64,000 bases of DNA, from assembly GCA_040755995.1 (NCBI GenBank), contig JBFMAF010000018.1, positions 32,001 to 96,000 of the forward strand, read 5' to 3'. Made by a program: the position numbers and the translations under genes. Of this stretch, positions 8,556-17,998 are shown piece after piece (the first letter of the stretch is position 1; each line of letters begins with the position of its first letter). This DNA is from Acidobacteriota bacterium (GTDB lineage: Bacteria; Acidobacteriota; CAIWXX01). The notes below the pieces were generated by a model. That model was not told the origin of the DNA. It did no database searches and worked only from the letters and a program-made list of their open reading frames with translations.

Positions 8556-10367
8556 ATGAATTGCCTGGTGTACTACCTGGATGGCTTCGTCAGAAGATTC
8601 CCGCTGGACAAGTCGGAGGTGACAATCGGCCGGGGCGAAGGAACCGATCTGACCATCGACGATGAATTCCTGTCCCGTGAACATCTGGCAGTCAAGGTCA
8701 TGGACGACTCGATCCGGATCCGGGACCTGAATTCCTCCAACGGCACCTTCGTCGCCGGCGAGCGGGTCCGCGAGGCTTCGCTGACCATCGGCGGATCGTT
8801 CAGCATAGGCCGAGTAGAGTTCTTCCTGCGCGCGGGCAGCCTGGATGAGTTCGAGACAGCGAAGGAATTGACGCCGGTCTTTCATTGCCTTCGGCGAGAC
8901 AATGAAACCAAGGTCCGGACGGGAAAGACGAGGCCGGAATCCGACCTGTACCTCGAGGCGCTGAAGACCGCCCTGAAGGAAGGCATGGGTAGCTTGGACT
9001 TCCAGGCCTTCGTCGTCCGGTTGTCGCAAATCCTGACCGGGCTTTGGCGGGAAGGCGGCATTGCCCTGCTATCGGAGGATGGGGACGATTCTAGGATTCA
9101 CATGCTGGTCGTTGGCGGGACCGGAGGGCTGGATACGGTGAAAGCCGCCGTGGCCGAGAATCCCGATGTCTTCAAGAGGGATATTCCCAACCGGGTACTC
9201 AAGGGAAGCGGCCTGGGCTACCAATCCTGCCGGTTCGCGGCGGGCGGCATCGCGTACGCGTTGATTGGCCTGTTCCCTGCAAGCGACCGATCTGAGCAAC
9301 AGAAGCTGACCGAGTTTTTCACGATTCTCGCTCAGGAGTTGAAATTGCTAGCCTGTCTGCTGGGTGGTGACCGGCTGGTGCCGGAAGCAGAACCGTCGGC
9401 GGAAGCGATAACGGTGAACATCGTCGCCGCCAACACGGGCATGAGACGGTTGATTGAGCAGACCAGGAGATTCGCCCGAAGCGACCTGTTCATCCTCATC
9501 CAGGGAGAGAGCGGGACGGGCAAGGAGCTGTTTGCCCGGCTCATCCACCAGCACTCCCGGCGGGCCGGCGGGGAGTTCGTGGCCCTCAACTGCGCTGCCA
9601 TCCCCGAAAACCTCCTCGAATCCGAACTGTTCGGTTACGAAAAGGGCGCCTTCACCGGTGCGAGCGGCCAGCGAAAGGGGAAACTGGAGATCGCCTCGGG
9701 TGGCACCCTCGTGCTGGATGAGATCGGCAGTATGGCTACCGACCTCCAGAGCAAGCTCCTCCGGGCGCTCCAGGAACAGGAGTTCTACCGCCTGGGCGGT
9801 TCCAAGCACATCAAGGTTGACCTGCGGATAATCTCAATCACCAATGGGGATCTCAAGGCGATGGTGGCCGCCGGCAGGTTCCGGAAGGACCTCTACTACC
9901 GCCTGGTGCACCGAATGATAGTGATCCCCCCCTTGCGGGAACGCAGGGACGATATCCCAGTACTCATTAATCACTTCACCGACAAGTACTGCCGACTTGG
10001 CCGGAAGCGGATCAACGGCTACACGGTCAAGGCGTATGCCGCACTGCAGGATCACGACTGGGACGGGAACGTCCGGGAACTGGAGAATGAAATCCACAGC
10101 CTGGTGAACCTGGCCGAAGACGGCGACGCTGTCGGCTTCGATCTTCTCTCCGACGCCATCAAGGCCAACCCTCATGAAGGGGCCAGCCCGCCTATGGAGA
10201 TCCCCGCGAGAATCGATCCGCAGAAAGAGAAAGAAATGCTGATCGGGCTTCTAGAGGCGAATCGCTGGAACAAGTCCGAGACTGCCCGGAAACTGCACAT
10301 GACCTATCGCGGGCTGCACGAGAAACTGAAACGGTTCGGCATACGGAGACCGGATCAGAACGATTAG
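8556..10367 (+). CDS. FHA-domain sigma54 enhancer-binding protein
   Basis: FHA (IGR, LSREH, DLNSSNGTFV), Walker A GESGTGKE, GAFTGA, LDEIG, C-terminal Fis-type HTH. An extended -10 (TGGTACTAT) 8 nt before ATG suggests a leaderless or very short leader. Confidence 0.92.
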   Translation: MNCLVYYLDGFVRRFPLDKSEVTIGRGEGTDLTIDDEFLSREHLAVKVMDDSIRIRDLNSSNGTFVAGERVREASLTIGGSFSIGRVEFFLRAGSLDEFETAKELTPVFHCLRRDNETKVRTGKTRPESDLYLEALKTALKEGMGSLDFQAFVVRLSQILTGLWREGGIALLSEDGDDSRIHMLVVGGTGGLDTVKAAVAENPDVFKRDIPNRVLKGSGLGYQSCRFAAGGIAYALIGLFPASDRSEQQKLTEFFTILAQELKLLACLLGGDRLVPEAEPSAEAITVNIVAANTGMRRLIEQTRRFARSDLFILIQGESGTGKELFARLIHQHSRRAGGEFVALNCAAIPENLLESELFGYEKGAFTGASGQRKGKLEIASGGTLVLDEIGSMATDLQSKLLRALQEQEFYRLGGSKHIKVDLRIISITNGDLKAMVAAGRFRKDLYYRLVHRMIVIPPLRERRDDIPVLINHFTDKYCRLGRKRINGYTVKAYAALQDHDWDGNVRELENEIHSLVNLAEDGDAVGFDLLSDAIKANPHEGASPPMEIPARIDPQKEKEMLIGLLEANRWNKSETARKLHMTYRGLHEKLKRFGIRRPDQND

Positions 10368-13300
10368 GGCTCCGAGAACAGCTGGGGCAGGGTGTTTCGC
10401 AATTCATCCGCCGTCGGTCGATCGTTGGGATTCTTGCTCAGCATTCGCTGAATCAGGTCATTCAACCCGCCTGGGATGTCCGGATTGAAGGTGATCGGCG
10501 CAACGGGATCTTCATTGAGTATCTGCTTGATGATCTCCAACGAGGTCTCCCCGAAGAACGGCTTCTCGCCCGTAACCATTTCGTACAAGATGACCCCCAT
10601 GGAGTAGATGTCCCCGGGGGTACCTTGCGTGCCTCCGGCAGCCTGTTCCGGCGGCGTGTAGGCCAGGGTGCCCATGAACATGCCGGACCTGGTCAGACGG
10701 GTGGCGTTTTTCATGATGGCCAAGCCGAAGTCGAGCATTTTTACGAAATTGTCCCGGCCGTCGTGTTGGACCAGCATGATGTTCTCCGGTTTCAGATCCC
10801 GGTGTACGATGCCCTGCCCATGGATGACCGCGATCACCTCGACCAGCTGTCGCATGATGTCTCCGGTCTCCGCCAGGGATAGGACTCCTTCACGATCCAT
10901 CTTCTCCTGCAATGTCCGGCCGTTCAGAAACTCCATGGCGATATACGGATTGTCCCCCTGGCAGTCGCGTTGGTAGATCTTGACGATATGTGGATGATCC
11001 AAACTGTCGACTATGCTCCCCTCGTTGATGAACCGTCGGCGCAGGCTTTCATTCCGGAAGTGCTCGTCGCTCAGAACCTTCAGGGCGACGACTTTGGACC
11101 GGTCCTTGCGGCTTGTTCCCTTGTAGACTACGCCCATCCCGCCGCTGCCGATCTTCTCGCTCACCAGGTAGTCCCCGATGATGGTCCGCGTTTTCCAGAA
11201 TTCGATGAGGTAGAAGTGTTTCTTCAGAAACGTGACGAAGAAATAGAAGATGAGACCGAACGCGATCAGGGCCACCGTCCGGAACCACCAGGTTCCCCAG
11301 AAGGGAGGCAGCACCCGCAGTGGCACGCTGACACCCACCTCGTTCCAGATGCCGTCGTTGTTGGAACCCCGGACGCGGAAGGTATAGTCGCCCGGTGGAA
11401 TGTTCCGGTAGTCGGCGAACCGGCGGTCGGCCCCGACCCGGTTCCAGTCCTTGTCAAGACTCTCAAGCCGATAAGCGAAGCGATTCTTGGAGGGACTGTT
11501 GTAGTCCAGGGCGGCGAATTCAAAGGTGATCCAGTTCTGATCGTACCCGAGCGTGATCGCGCCATCGGCCGGAACGGCTGCCGGGACGATGCGTCGCCCG
11601 GAGGCGATGATAGATGTGATCACCACCGGGGGCCGATGGCGGTTGGTGCGGACGTCGCCCGGATAGAAGGCGTTGTAGCCGTTGATCCCGCCGAAGTACA
11701 TCTTCCCAGTGCCGTCCCGGAAGAATGCTCGGGTGTTGAATTCCCTGCTCTGCAGCCCATTGTCCACGTCGAAGTTCCGAAATGTCTCGGTATCGGGATT
11801 GAAACAGGACAACCCGTTGTTTGTGCTCATCCACAGGCAGCCCTCTTCGTCTTCCAGGATCCCGTAGATCACGTTGTTGGCAAGCCCATCCTTTTCCAAA
11901 TAGCGTTTGCATCCCCCGCTGGACCGATCGAAGAGGTTGAGCCCGCCCCCATACGTCCCGATCCAGATCCGGCCCCGCCGGTCTTCATGGATCGCCCACA
12001 CCCGATCATGGCTGAGGCTGCCCGGCTTGCCGGCATCATGACTGAAATGCTGGAAGGTGTCGGATTGGTGGTCGTAGCGGTTGAGGCCTCTGTACCAGGA
12101 GCCGATCCAGATCGTGCCGCTCCGGTCCTCGTAGATCGGATAGCCCGGACCCTCACTGATGCTTTCCGGTACTCCTGGATCATGGCGATAGTGGACGAAC
12201 TCCGACTCACCCAGTGGCAATCGGTCCAGATACACGTGGGCGATGACCCAGAGATGCCCCCGGCTGTCCAGGAAGGCGCTGAAGATCTGGTTATCGCTCA
12301 GGCTGCCGGGTTTGGCGGGGTCATGCTTGAAATGTGTGAAGGTCCCGGTCTCGAGGTGCAGCTTGTTCAGGCCGTCGTTGGTGCCGATCCAGAGATACCC
12401 AAGTTCAGCGGCGCTGGATATCGAGGTGATCGTGTCATTGCTGAGGCTCGTTCGGGGTCTCTCCGGATCATGCTTGAAGACCGTATAGGTCCCGTCTGCT
12501 TCACGGATCCGGTTCAGGCCTGCTCCGCCAGTCCCGATCCACAAGTCACCTCCGGCATCCTTGTAGATCGCAGTCACGTAGTTGCCACTGATGGAGCGTG
12601 TGCTCCCTTGAACATGGCGATAGTGGGGAAACACGGTCTTGTCCTTCTTGATCAGACTGACCCCGCCTCCTTCCGTGCTGATCCAGATGATCCCCGACCG
12701 ATCTTCGAGGATGTGCACGATATTGTCATTGCACAGGCTGCGGGAATCGCTGGGGTCATGGACCAGCCGATGGATCTGATTGTCGCCCCTGATCTCGATG
12801 AGGCCATCCCCGAAGGTCCCGACCAGAATATCGCCGGATTGAGTCTCGACTGCACTGCAGGCCATCTTCAGCTGAATTCCCGGAGGAACTGGAATCGGGT
12901 CCCGTTCGTCGAACAACCGGCCCTCCACAAGATTGAACCGGCATATTCTGGAGTGGGTCATGATAAGGAGCGTACCCGATCGGCTCAGGTACAGCAGACC
13001 GAGGATCTCGGCGGAATGCTCCTTTTCCGGTAACGGCAACGGGAACGGGGCAAAGTGTCCGGAGTCCTCATCGAATCGATACAACTTGTCCGGCCGGACG
13101 AGCAACCAGACACTCCCTGATCGATCCTCAATCAGCCAGCCGATCAATGATGAGATCCGCACGAAGCGATTCTCGGGATCCGAGTAGCGATCGATCCCGG
13201 CGTCATGACTGACCCACAGCCGCCCCCGGCGGTCCCGGAGGAGACCGGAAATCCTGTCACCGCCGAGGCTGCCCGGCCTTTCCTTGTCATGACGATAACG

Positions 13301-13660
13301 GGTAGAGGTTCCCGTAGCGGGGTTGAACCGATTTAGACCGCCGCCAAAGGTGCCGATCCACAGCATGCCATCTTCATCTTCACAGATCGCGCTGGCGGTA
13401 TTGTCGGACAAGCTGTTGGGATCCTCGGGGTCGTTCTTGAATATGATGACGGTGTTTCCGTCAAACCGGTTGAGCCCGTCATGAGTGCCGATCCAGATGA
13501 AGCCCTGGCGGTCTTGGATGAGTGTGGTTACGGCGCTTTCGGAGAGCCCCTCGTTGACGGTGAGGTGTTCAAACTGGATACCGGAGGCTGGTCTCCCGGG
13601 AGCAGCGGCGGAGAACATTGGGAGAACCAGGATGACATAAGCAACTGGTATTCTCGCCAT
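10364..13660 (-). CDS. Two-component-regulator propeller + Y_Y_Y + TM + Ser/Thr kinase fusion
   Basis: Repeated D..G..WIGT..GGL.RF blades, Y_Y_Y (YRLESLDKDW...PPGDYTFRVRGSNNDGIW), PPFWGTWWF TM, then GSGGMGVVY, VALK, HRDLKPEN, DFG. Start uncertain (13660 or 13708). Confidence 0.92.
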   Translation of the reverse strand: MARIPVAYVILVLPMFSAAAPGRPASGIQFEHLTVNEGLSESAVTTLIQDRQGFIWIGTHDGLNRFDGNTVIIFKNDPEDPNSLSDNTASAICEDEDGMLWIGTFGGGLNRFNPATGTSTRYRHDKERPGSLGGDRISGLLRDRRGRLWVSHDAGIDRYSDPENRFVRISSLIGWLIEDRSGSVWLLVRPDKLYRFDEDSGHFAPFPLPLPEKEHSAEILGLLYLSRSGTLLIMTHSRICRFNLVEGRLFDERDPIPVPPGIQLKMACSAVETQSGDILVGTFGDGLIEIRGDNQIHRLVHDPSDSRSLCNDNIVHILEDRSGIIWISTEGGGVSLIKKDKTVFPHYRHVQGSTRSISGNYVTAIYKDAGGDLWIGTGGAGLNRIREADGTYTVFKHDPERPRTSLSNDTITSISSAAELGYLWIGTNDGLNKLHLETGTFTHFKHDPAKPGSLSDNQIFSAFLDSRGHLWVIAHVYLDRLPLGESEFVHYRHDPGVPESISEGPGYPIYEDRSGTIWIGSWYRGLNRYDHQSDTFQHFSHDAGKPGSLSHDRVWAIHEDRRGRIWIGTYGGGLNLFDRSSGGCKRYLEKDGLANNVIYGILEDEEGCLWMSTNNGLSCFNPDTETFRNFDVDNGLQSREFNTRAFFRDGTGKMYFGGINGYNAFYPGDVRTNRHRPPVVITSIIASGRRIVPAAVPADGAITLGYDQNWITFEFAALDYNSPSKNRFAYRLESLDKDWNRVGADRRFADYRNIPPGDYTFRVRGSNNDGIWNEVGVSVPLRVLPPFWGTWWFRTVALIAFGLIFYFFVTFLKKHFYLIEFWKTRTIIGDYLVSEKIGSGGMGVVYKGTSRKDRSKVVALKVLSDEHFRNESLRRRFINEGSIVDSLDHPHIVKIYQRDCQGDNPYIAMEFLNGRTLQEKMDREGVLSLAETGDIMRQLVEVIAVIHGQGIVHRDLKPENIMLVQHDGRDNFVKMLDFGLAIMKNATRLTRSGMFMGTLAYTPPEQAAGGTQGTPGDIYSMGVILYEMVTGEKPFFGETSLEIIKQILNEDPVAPITFNPDIPGGLNDLIQRMLSKNPNDRPTADELRNTLPQLFSEP

Positions 13661-13782
13661 TCGAGAAACAGATCTCAGCACAGCCGGAGAGCAGCCAAAC
13701 GCCCACATCCTCCGTTCCCGCGGACGGAGGATGGGCGGGCTCGACAATGAAGCCGTCGGGATCGGCGGTCGGTCACGACCGG

Positions 13783-13811
13783 ACAATAGCCCTGAGGTCT
13801 GTTGATGTCAA
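13783..13811 (-). promoter_or_regulatory. Sigma70-type promoter for the propeller kinase
   Basis: TTGACA-N17-TATTGT; argues against the ORF-track start at 13786. Confidence 0.6.
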
Positions 13812-13899
13812 GAAGTGCCGAGAAGCCCAACTCCGGCGCCGGCGCAGTCATTACGACGTTCATACACCGCCAGTCGCTTACTCAGACACATCACCTACA

Positions 13900-14015
13900 C
13901 GTCGTGCCCTGGCTCGCCCAATGGCAGGTACATATTCGTCATTGCCGATAGCGAGAACACACTGGCGGAGAGCAACAAGACCAACAACATTTCCGTGAAG
14001 CCGCTTACGGTCAAG
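13900..14015 (+). pseudogene. Remnant of a CARDB-domain gene (C-terminal part)
   Basis: GRYIFVIADSENTLAESNKTNN resembles the CARDB signature AD..N...ESNE.NN; no intact upstream coding region. Confidence 0.6.
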
Positions 14016-14210
14016 CAGGGTCGATATTCAAGGCCTACGGGTACCCCTTCGCCTAGCGAGGCGGGGCATCAGACCGATGAAGCATGCCATGCCGCTTTGG
14101 CCCCGCCTCGTGTCGAGAGTTGGGAGTGACTACCGTGGGAATTCAGAGCGAATGATGCGACGTGGCAAACTTGACTCAATCGCAACATCTTTTTCCCCTG
14201 AAGCCCGCTA

Positions 14211-14251
14211 GCCGGTTCCGGTCGTCTGCTGGTACTAGTAGACGAACCGGC
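14211..14251. terminator. Long hairpin immediately after the response-regulator stop
   Basis: GCCGGTTC...GAACCGGC outer stem with inner CGTCTGCTGG/CTAGTAGACG pairing. Confidence 0.45.
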
Positions 14252-15676
14252 CTAGGGCCTGGGTACTGACGTGCCCTTCCCCTTGAGTCGCTTGCTGAGT
14301 GCTTGCTGCGTAATCCCCAGCAGCCGCGCTGCCACCGATTGGTTGCCATCAGCGCGTCTCATGGCCTCGGCAACGAGGCTCCTGGCGGCCTGCTTCAAGG
14401 TGGGTAGCACCTCCGGGAATAGCAGCTGCGGCCCGCTCTGCATCGCGGCCGCCCGGTCCTCCGTCAAGCCCTCGGGCGCCATCTTCTGGACGATGGCCTC
14501 CCTCGAGATCTTCCCATGTCTCTGCCGCGTGACGGCATCCAGCATCATCGACTTCAGCTCTCGCACATTGCCTGGGAACTGGTAGTTCGCAAGAAGCGCA
14601 GCCAGTTCGGGCGGAACCGTGGGCTTCTGCTTGCCGAGCTCTCGTGAAAAGAGCGCCAGGAAGTGCTCCACCAGCAACGGAATGTCCTCCCGCCGATTCC
14701 TCAGCGGCGGAACCGCGATCTCGTGCGCAGATAGCCTGTAGTACAGATCTCTGCGAAATCCCCCGGTCAGCTGGTCCCGGCGAAGATCGTGGTTGCTGGC
14801 GACGATGATTCTGGCATCGGCTCTGCGGGCGGCGTCCGACCCTATCGGGGAGTACTCCGATTCCTGCACGAGCCGGAGGAGCTTCACCTGTGAGGCCGCG
14901 CTCAGATCGCCGATTTCGTCAAGAAACAGCGTTCCGCCGGAGGCCTTAGCCACGAGGCCCTCACGAGGTTGATCGGCCCCCGTGAAGCCGCCCTTGACGT
15001 GACCGAAGAGCGCATCGGCGAACAGCTGGTCGTCAAGACCCGCCACGTTGACGGGCACGAAGGGCCCGCTGCGAGCCGACGCCCGGTGGATCGCCTGTGC
15101 GACAAGCTCCTTGCCCGTACCGGTCTCCCCGGTTATGAGCACCGGATGTGGGCCCCTTGCGATGGCCTCGACGTACTGGAAGATCGCCAGCATCGAGGCG
15201 CTTCGCGTGACTATCTCTTCGAAGAGCTCCGGGTGCTCCAGCGTCTGGGAGAGCATGCGGTGCCGCAGGTGGCGATTCTCCTGCTGGAGCGCCGAGAGGC
15301 CGACGGCATGTCGCACAGATGCCAACAACCGGTCTGGCTCCACGGGCTTGACAAGGAAATCGAAGGCCCCCTTCCTCATGCACTGCACAGCCGTCTCGAC
15401 GGTATCGACACCTGTGACAATGATCACCGGGACCTCCGGGAACTCCCGCGACACGCTCGTCAGCAATTCCTCGCCGGACACGTGCGGCAGGCCGAGATCG
15501 AGCAACACGGCGCTCGCTCCTCGATGCGCGAGCTCCGGAATAAGCGCCCGTGGATCGGCATGGCACAGCACATTGTTCAGTCCCTGTGCGCGCAGCAGTG
15601 TCTCCATGCCATGCAGCGCAGCCACCTCGTCGTCGATGATCAGGATGGCGGGGTCCGGGTACTTGGAGTGGTTCAT
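14252..15676 (-). CDS. NtrC-family sigma54-dependent response regulator
   Basis: REC (IIDDE, LLDLGLP, KP), GETGTGKE, GGFTGA, LFLDEIG, Fis HTH. Confidence 0.92.
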   Translation of the reverse strand: MNHSKYPDPAILIIDDEVAALHGMETLLRAQGLNNVLCHADPRALIPELAHRGASAVLLDLGLPHVSGEELLTSVSREFPEVPVIIVTGVDTVETAVQCMRKGAFDFLVKPVEPDRLLASVRHAVGLSALQQENRHLRHRMLSQTLEHPELFEEIVTRSASMLAIFQYVEAIARGPHPVLITGETGTGKELVAQAIHRASARSGPFVPVNVAGLDDQLFADALFGHVKGGFTGADQPREGLVAKASGGTLFLDEIGDLSAASQVKLLRLVQESEYSPIGSDAARRADARIIVASNHDLRRDQLTGGFRRDLYYRLSAHEIAVPPLRNRREDIPLLVEHFLALFSRELGKQKPTVPPELAALLANYQFPGNVRELKSMMLDAVTRQRHGKISREAIVQKMAPEGLTEDRAAAMQSGPQLLFPEVLPTLKQAARSLVAEAMRRADGNQSVAARLLGITQQALSKRLKGKGTSVPRP

Positions 15677-15884
15677 TTCGAAACTCGAGATTCGAATTCC
15701 GAATTCCGAATCTCTTCTGTCGTCACTGGCTCAGCGTCAAGCGACCAGAATGCCTTGAAGGAAGAGAACATGTTGCGATTGAGTCGAGTATTTGGCGCGC
15801 TGCGTCAATGGCCAGGTTCGCACCGGCCTTCGGCCCGGGTACGGCGGCTGGGGTTATGCGTCATCGGTGAGAGGCCGCGCCTCG

Positions 15885-17750
15885 CTAGCTATCCGGCTCC
15901 GGCTCCGCTTTCGTTTCCGTGCCCAACGAATCGATCAGTGCCTGGAGGTACATCACAGGCGATGCCTCCACCTGCGACATCAGCCTCCGCCGCTCGTCCT
16001 CTGCCGCCCTCAGCCTGTCTATGACAGCCAGGCTCTCCGTCCGCTCGTCCAGGGATTCGGTGACCAGTCCTACGCCTCCGCTGGGATCAGCAGTGGGATA
16101 GGCCGAGACGAAGAGCTTCCGAGCCCGATTGGCGATGTTCATCGGCACGGTGTTCTGCTCGACGCGTCCGGACTCAAAGGCCGTAAGAATCGGACAGCCG
16201 GGGCAGATGCCCGGAAGTCCGAGCGCTTCGTAGCATCGCCTGCCGATCAAGTCGCGGAACTGGCGCTGCCTGGTGAGCCCGAGCATGGCACGATTGAGGT
16301 GGAGAACAGTCAGGTTCCGGTCGAGGAGGAAGGTTGGATTGGCATGACTGTCCACAATCTGCCTGTACTTCTCACGGCTTCTTGTGATCGTGCCGAGCAG
16401 ATCGGTGGCTTCTTGAAGGCGGGGCCCCATCTGCTGAAGCGATTCCTGCAGCTCCTGGACCCGCTCGTTCTCCTTCATAAGCTCGGTGACCTGGGCACCG
16501 AGCAACTCCTTCTCCAATGACAGGCTGTTTCGTTCGCCCTCGACACTCTCCAGCTCTCCGCGAAGCATCCCGGATACCTCGCGCTCGCTGGCGAGGTCCT
16601 GTTCCAGCCGCGTGATTTCCGCGCGCACCCTCCGGATTTCCTCTTCGAGCCCGGCCACGCGATCCCTCAGCTCACGGACCTCGCCCACCGCGGCCCCCGC
16701 CGCGGCCAGCTCGTTCCGGGCCGCATCCAGCTGGTGCCGCAGCGAGGCGGCTTCGGCGCCGGCGCCAGTCTGGGCCTCTTCGAGCTGCCGGCGTATTGTG
16801 CCCCGGTCGCGCTCGATCGTGTCGATCTGCATCAGCAGCTCCTGCTCCCTGACCTGAAGCTGCGACAGATTGCCCATCAACATGTCGATCTCGTTGGACT
16901 GTTGCAGCCTGTCGGCCGACCGCTCCTCCTCGATCCGTTCCAGTGTCTGCCTGAGCTCCGCCGTCTGGGCCTCGGCTGCTTTGAGCCGGGCTGCCAGTTC
17001 CTGGCGCTCGTGCTCCACCTTGGCCACGCGTGCCTCGGCTGCCTGCCCGCCGCCCCCGACCTTCAGCAGGTCGCGCATCCGCAAGTCCACGTCAGTCTCG
17101 CGACGCTTGGCCTCATCCTGGAGGCGCTGGCGCATCTGCTGCTCCCGCATGACTGTTTCCTGCAGCTGCTCCGCCATCCGCTGGAACGACGTGACGTTCT
17201 CCTCTGCGACGCGCAGGTTCTCCTCGATCTGCTGCGTCTTGGCGAAGGCTCGTTCGAGCTCGGCCTGATGCTTCTGCCTCTCTTGTTCGAGCATCCCCTG
17301 GAGCTTCTCCATGTCGGCAGGTGGCGCAGCAGCAGGAGCGGCGGCGGCAGTGTCGGAGGCGAGCGCCGCCTGACCTGGTACGGCGAAGTTGGAGCAGACG
17401 AGCTGGACGAGCCCCTCCTCGCGCGGGTTCATCTCCCCGTCGACTCGCTCCCGCAGCACGCCCAGAAAATCCGTGCCGCCGGCGTCTTCCTGGATGAGGA
17501 AGATCGACATGATGTGATCCTTGAGAGCGATGGACGAAGGACGCTGCGTGGCCCTCCATTTCAGGAACAGGGTCTTCAACAGCTTGTTCCCCTTGGTCCC
17601 GATGTCGAAGAACTGGCTCTTTCCGCTGAGGGCATCGACGATGTTCTCGTCCTTGACGCGGAACGCGAACACGTTCTGGAACTGGAATCCTTCGATCGAG
17701 AGAATGTCCCGCAGGAGAGGTCGGTAAGTCTCCAGAGTCTCTGCTTTCAT
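15885..17750 (-). CDS. Long coiled-coil protein with C-terminal PAS domain
   Basis: About 300 aa of E/R/Q/L heptads, then PAS-like YRQIVDS...LDRNLTVLHLNRA...IGRRCYEALG...CPGCP. Confidence 0.75.
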   Translation of the reverse strand: MKAETLETYRPLLRDILSIEGFQFQNVFAFRVKDENIVDALSGKSQFFDIGTKGNKLLKTLFLKWRATQRPSSIALKDHIMSIFLIQEDAGGTDFLGVLRERVDGEMNPREEGLVQLVCSNFAVPGQAALASDTAAAAPAAAPPADMEKLQGMLEQERQKHQAELERAFAKTQQIEENLRVAEENVTSFQRMAEQLQETVMREQQMRQRLQDEAKRRETDVDLRMRDLLKVGGGGQAAEARVAKVEHERQELAARLKAAEAQTAELRQTLERIEEERSADRLQQSNEIDMLMGNLSQLQVREQELLMQIDTIERDRGTIRRQLEEAQTGAGAEAASLRHQLDAARNELAAAGAAVGEVRELRDRVAGLEEEIRRVRAEITRLEQDLASEREVSGMLRGELESVEGERNSLSLEKELLGAQVTELMKENERVQELQESLQQMGPRLQEATDLLGTITRSREKYRQIVDSHANPTFLLDRNLTVLHLNRAMLGLTRQRQFRDLIGRRCYEALGLPGICPGCPILTAFESGRVEQNTVPMNIANRARKLFVSAYPTADPSGGVGLVTESLDERTESLAVIDRLRAAEDERRRLMSQVEASPVMYLQALIDSLGTETKAEPEPDS

Positions 17751-17998
17751 GTGCGATCCTCTTCGGCTCTAATCCGCGATCTTACCCCAGCGCACGCCGT
17801 TTTTCAATGATCTACTGGACTCTTGGACTCTACTGGACCATGACTCTCACTGCGGCCTTAGGATCGAGGAGGGGCCGGCCGACCCAAAGGGCCGATGTGG
17901 CGATGGTCGATCGGGCAGGCATTTGACCCCTGAGCAGCCCGCGTGCATAATGCGCCCGCGCCCCTGGGGTTGCCCGGTGAGGCGGGAAAGGGAGATTT

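Noticed and set aside
10970..13033. 687-aa plus-strand ORF, and similar long antisense ORFs elsewhere
   Set aside because: Antisense shadows of well-supported genes, expected in high-GC DNA.
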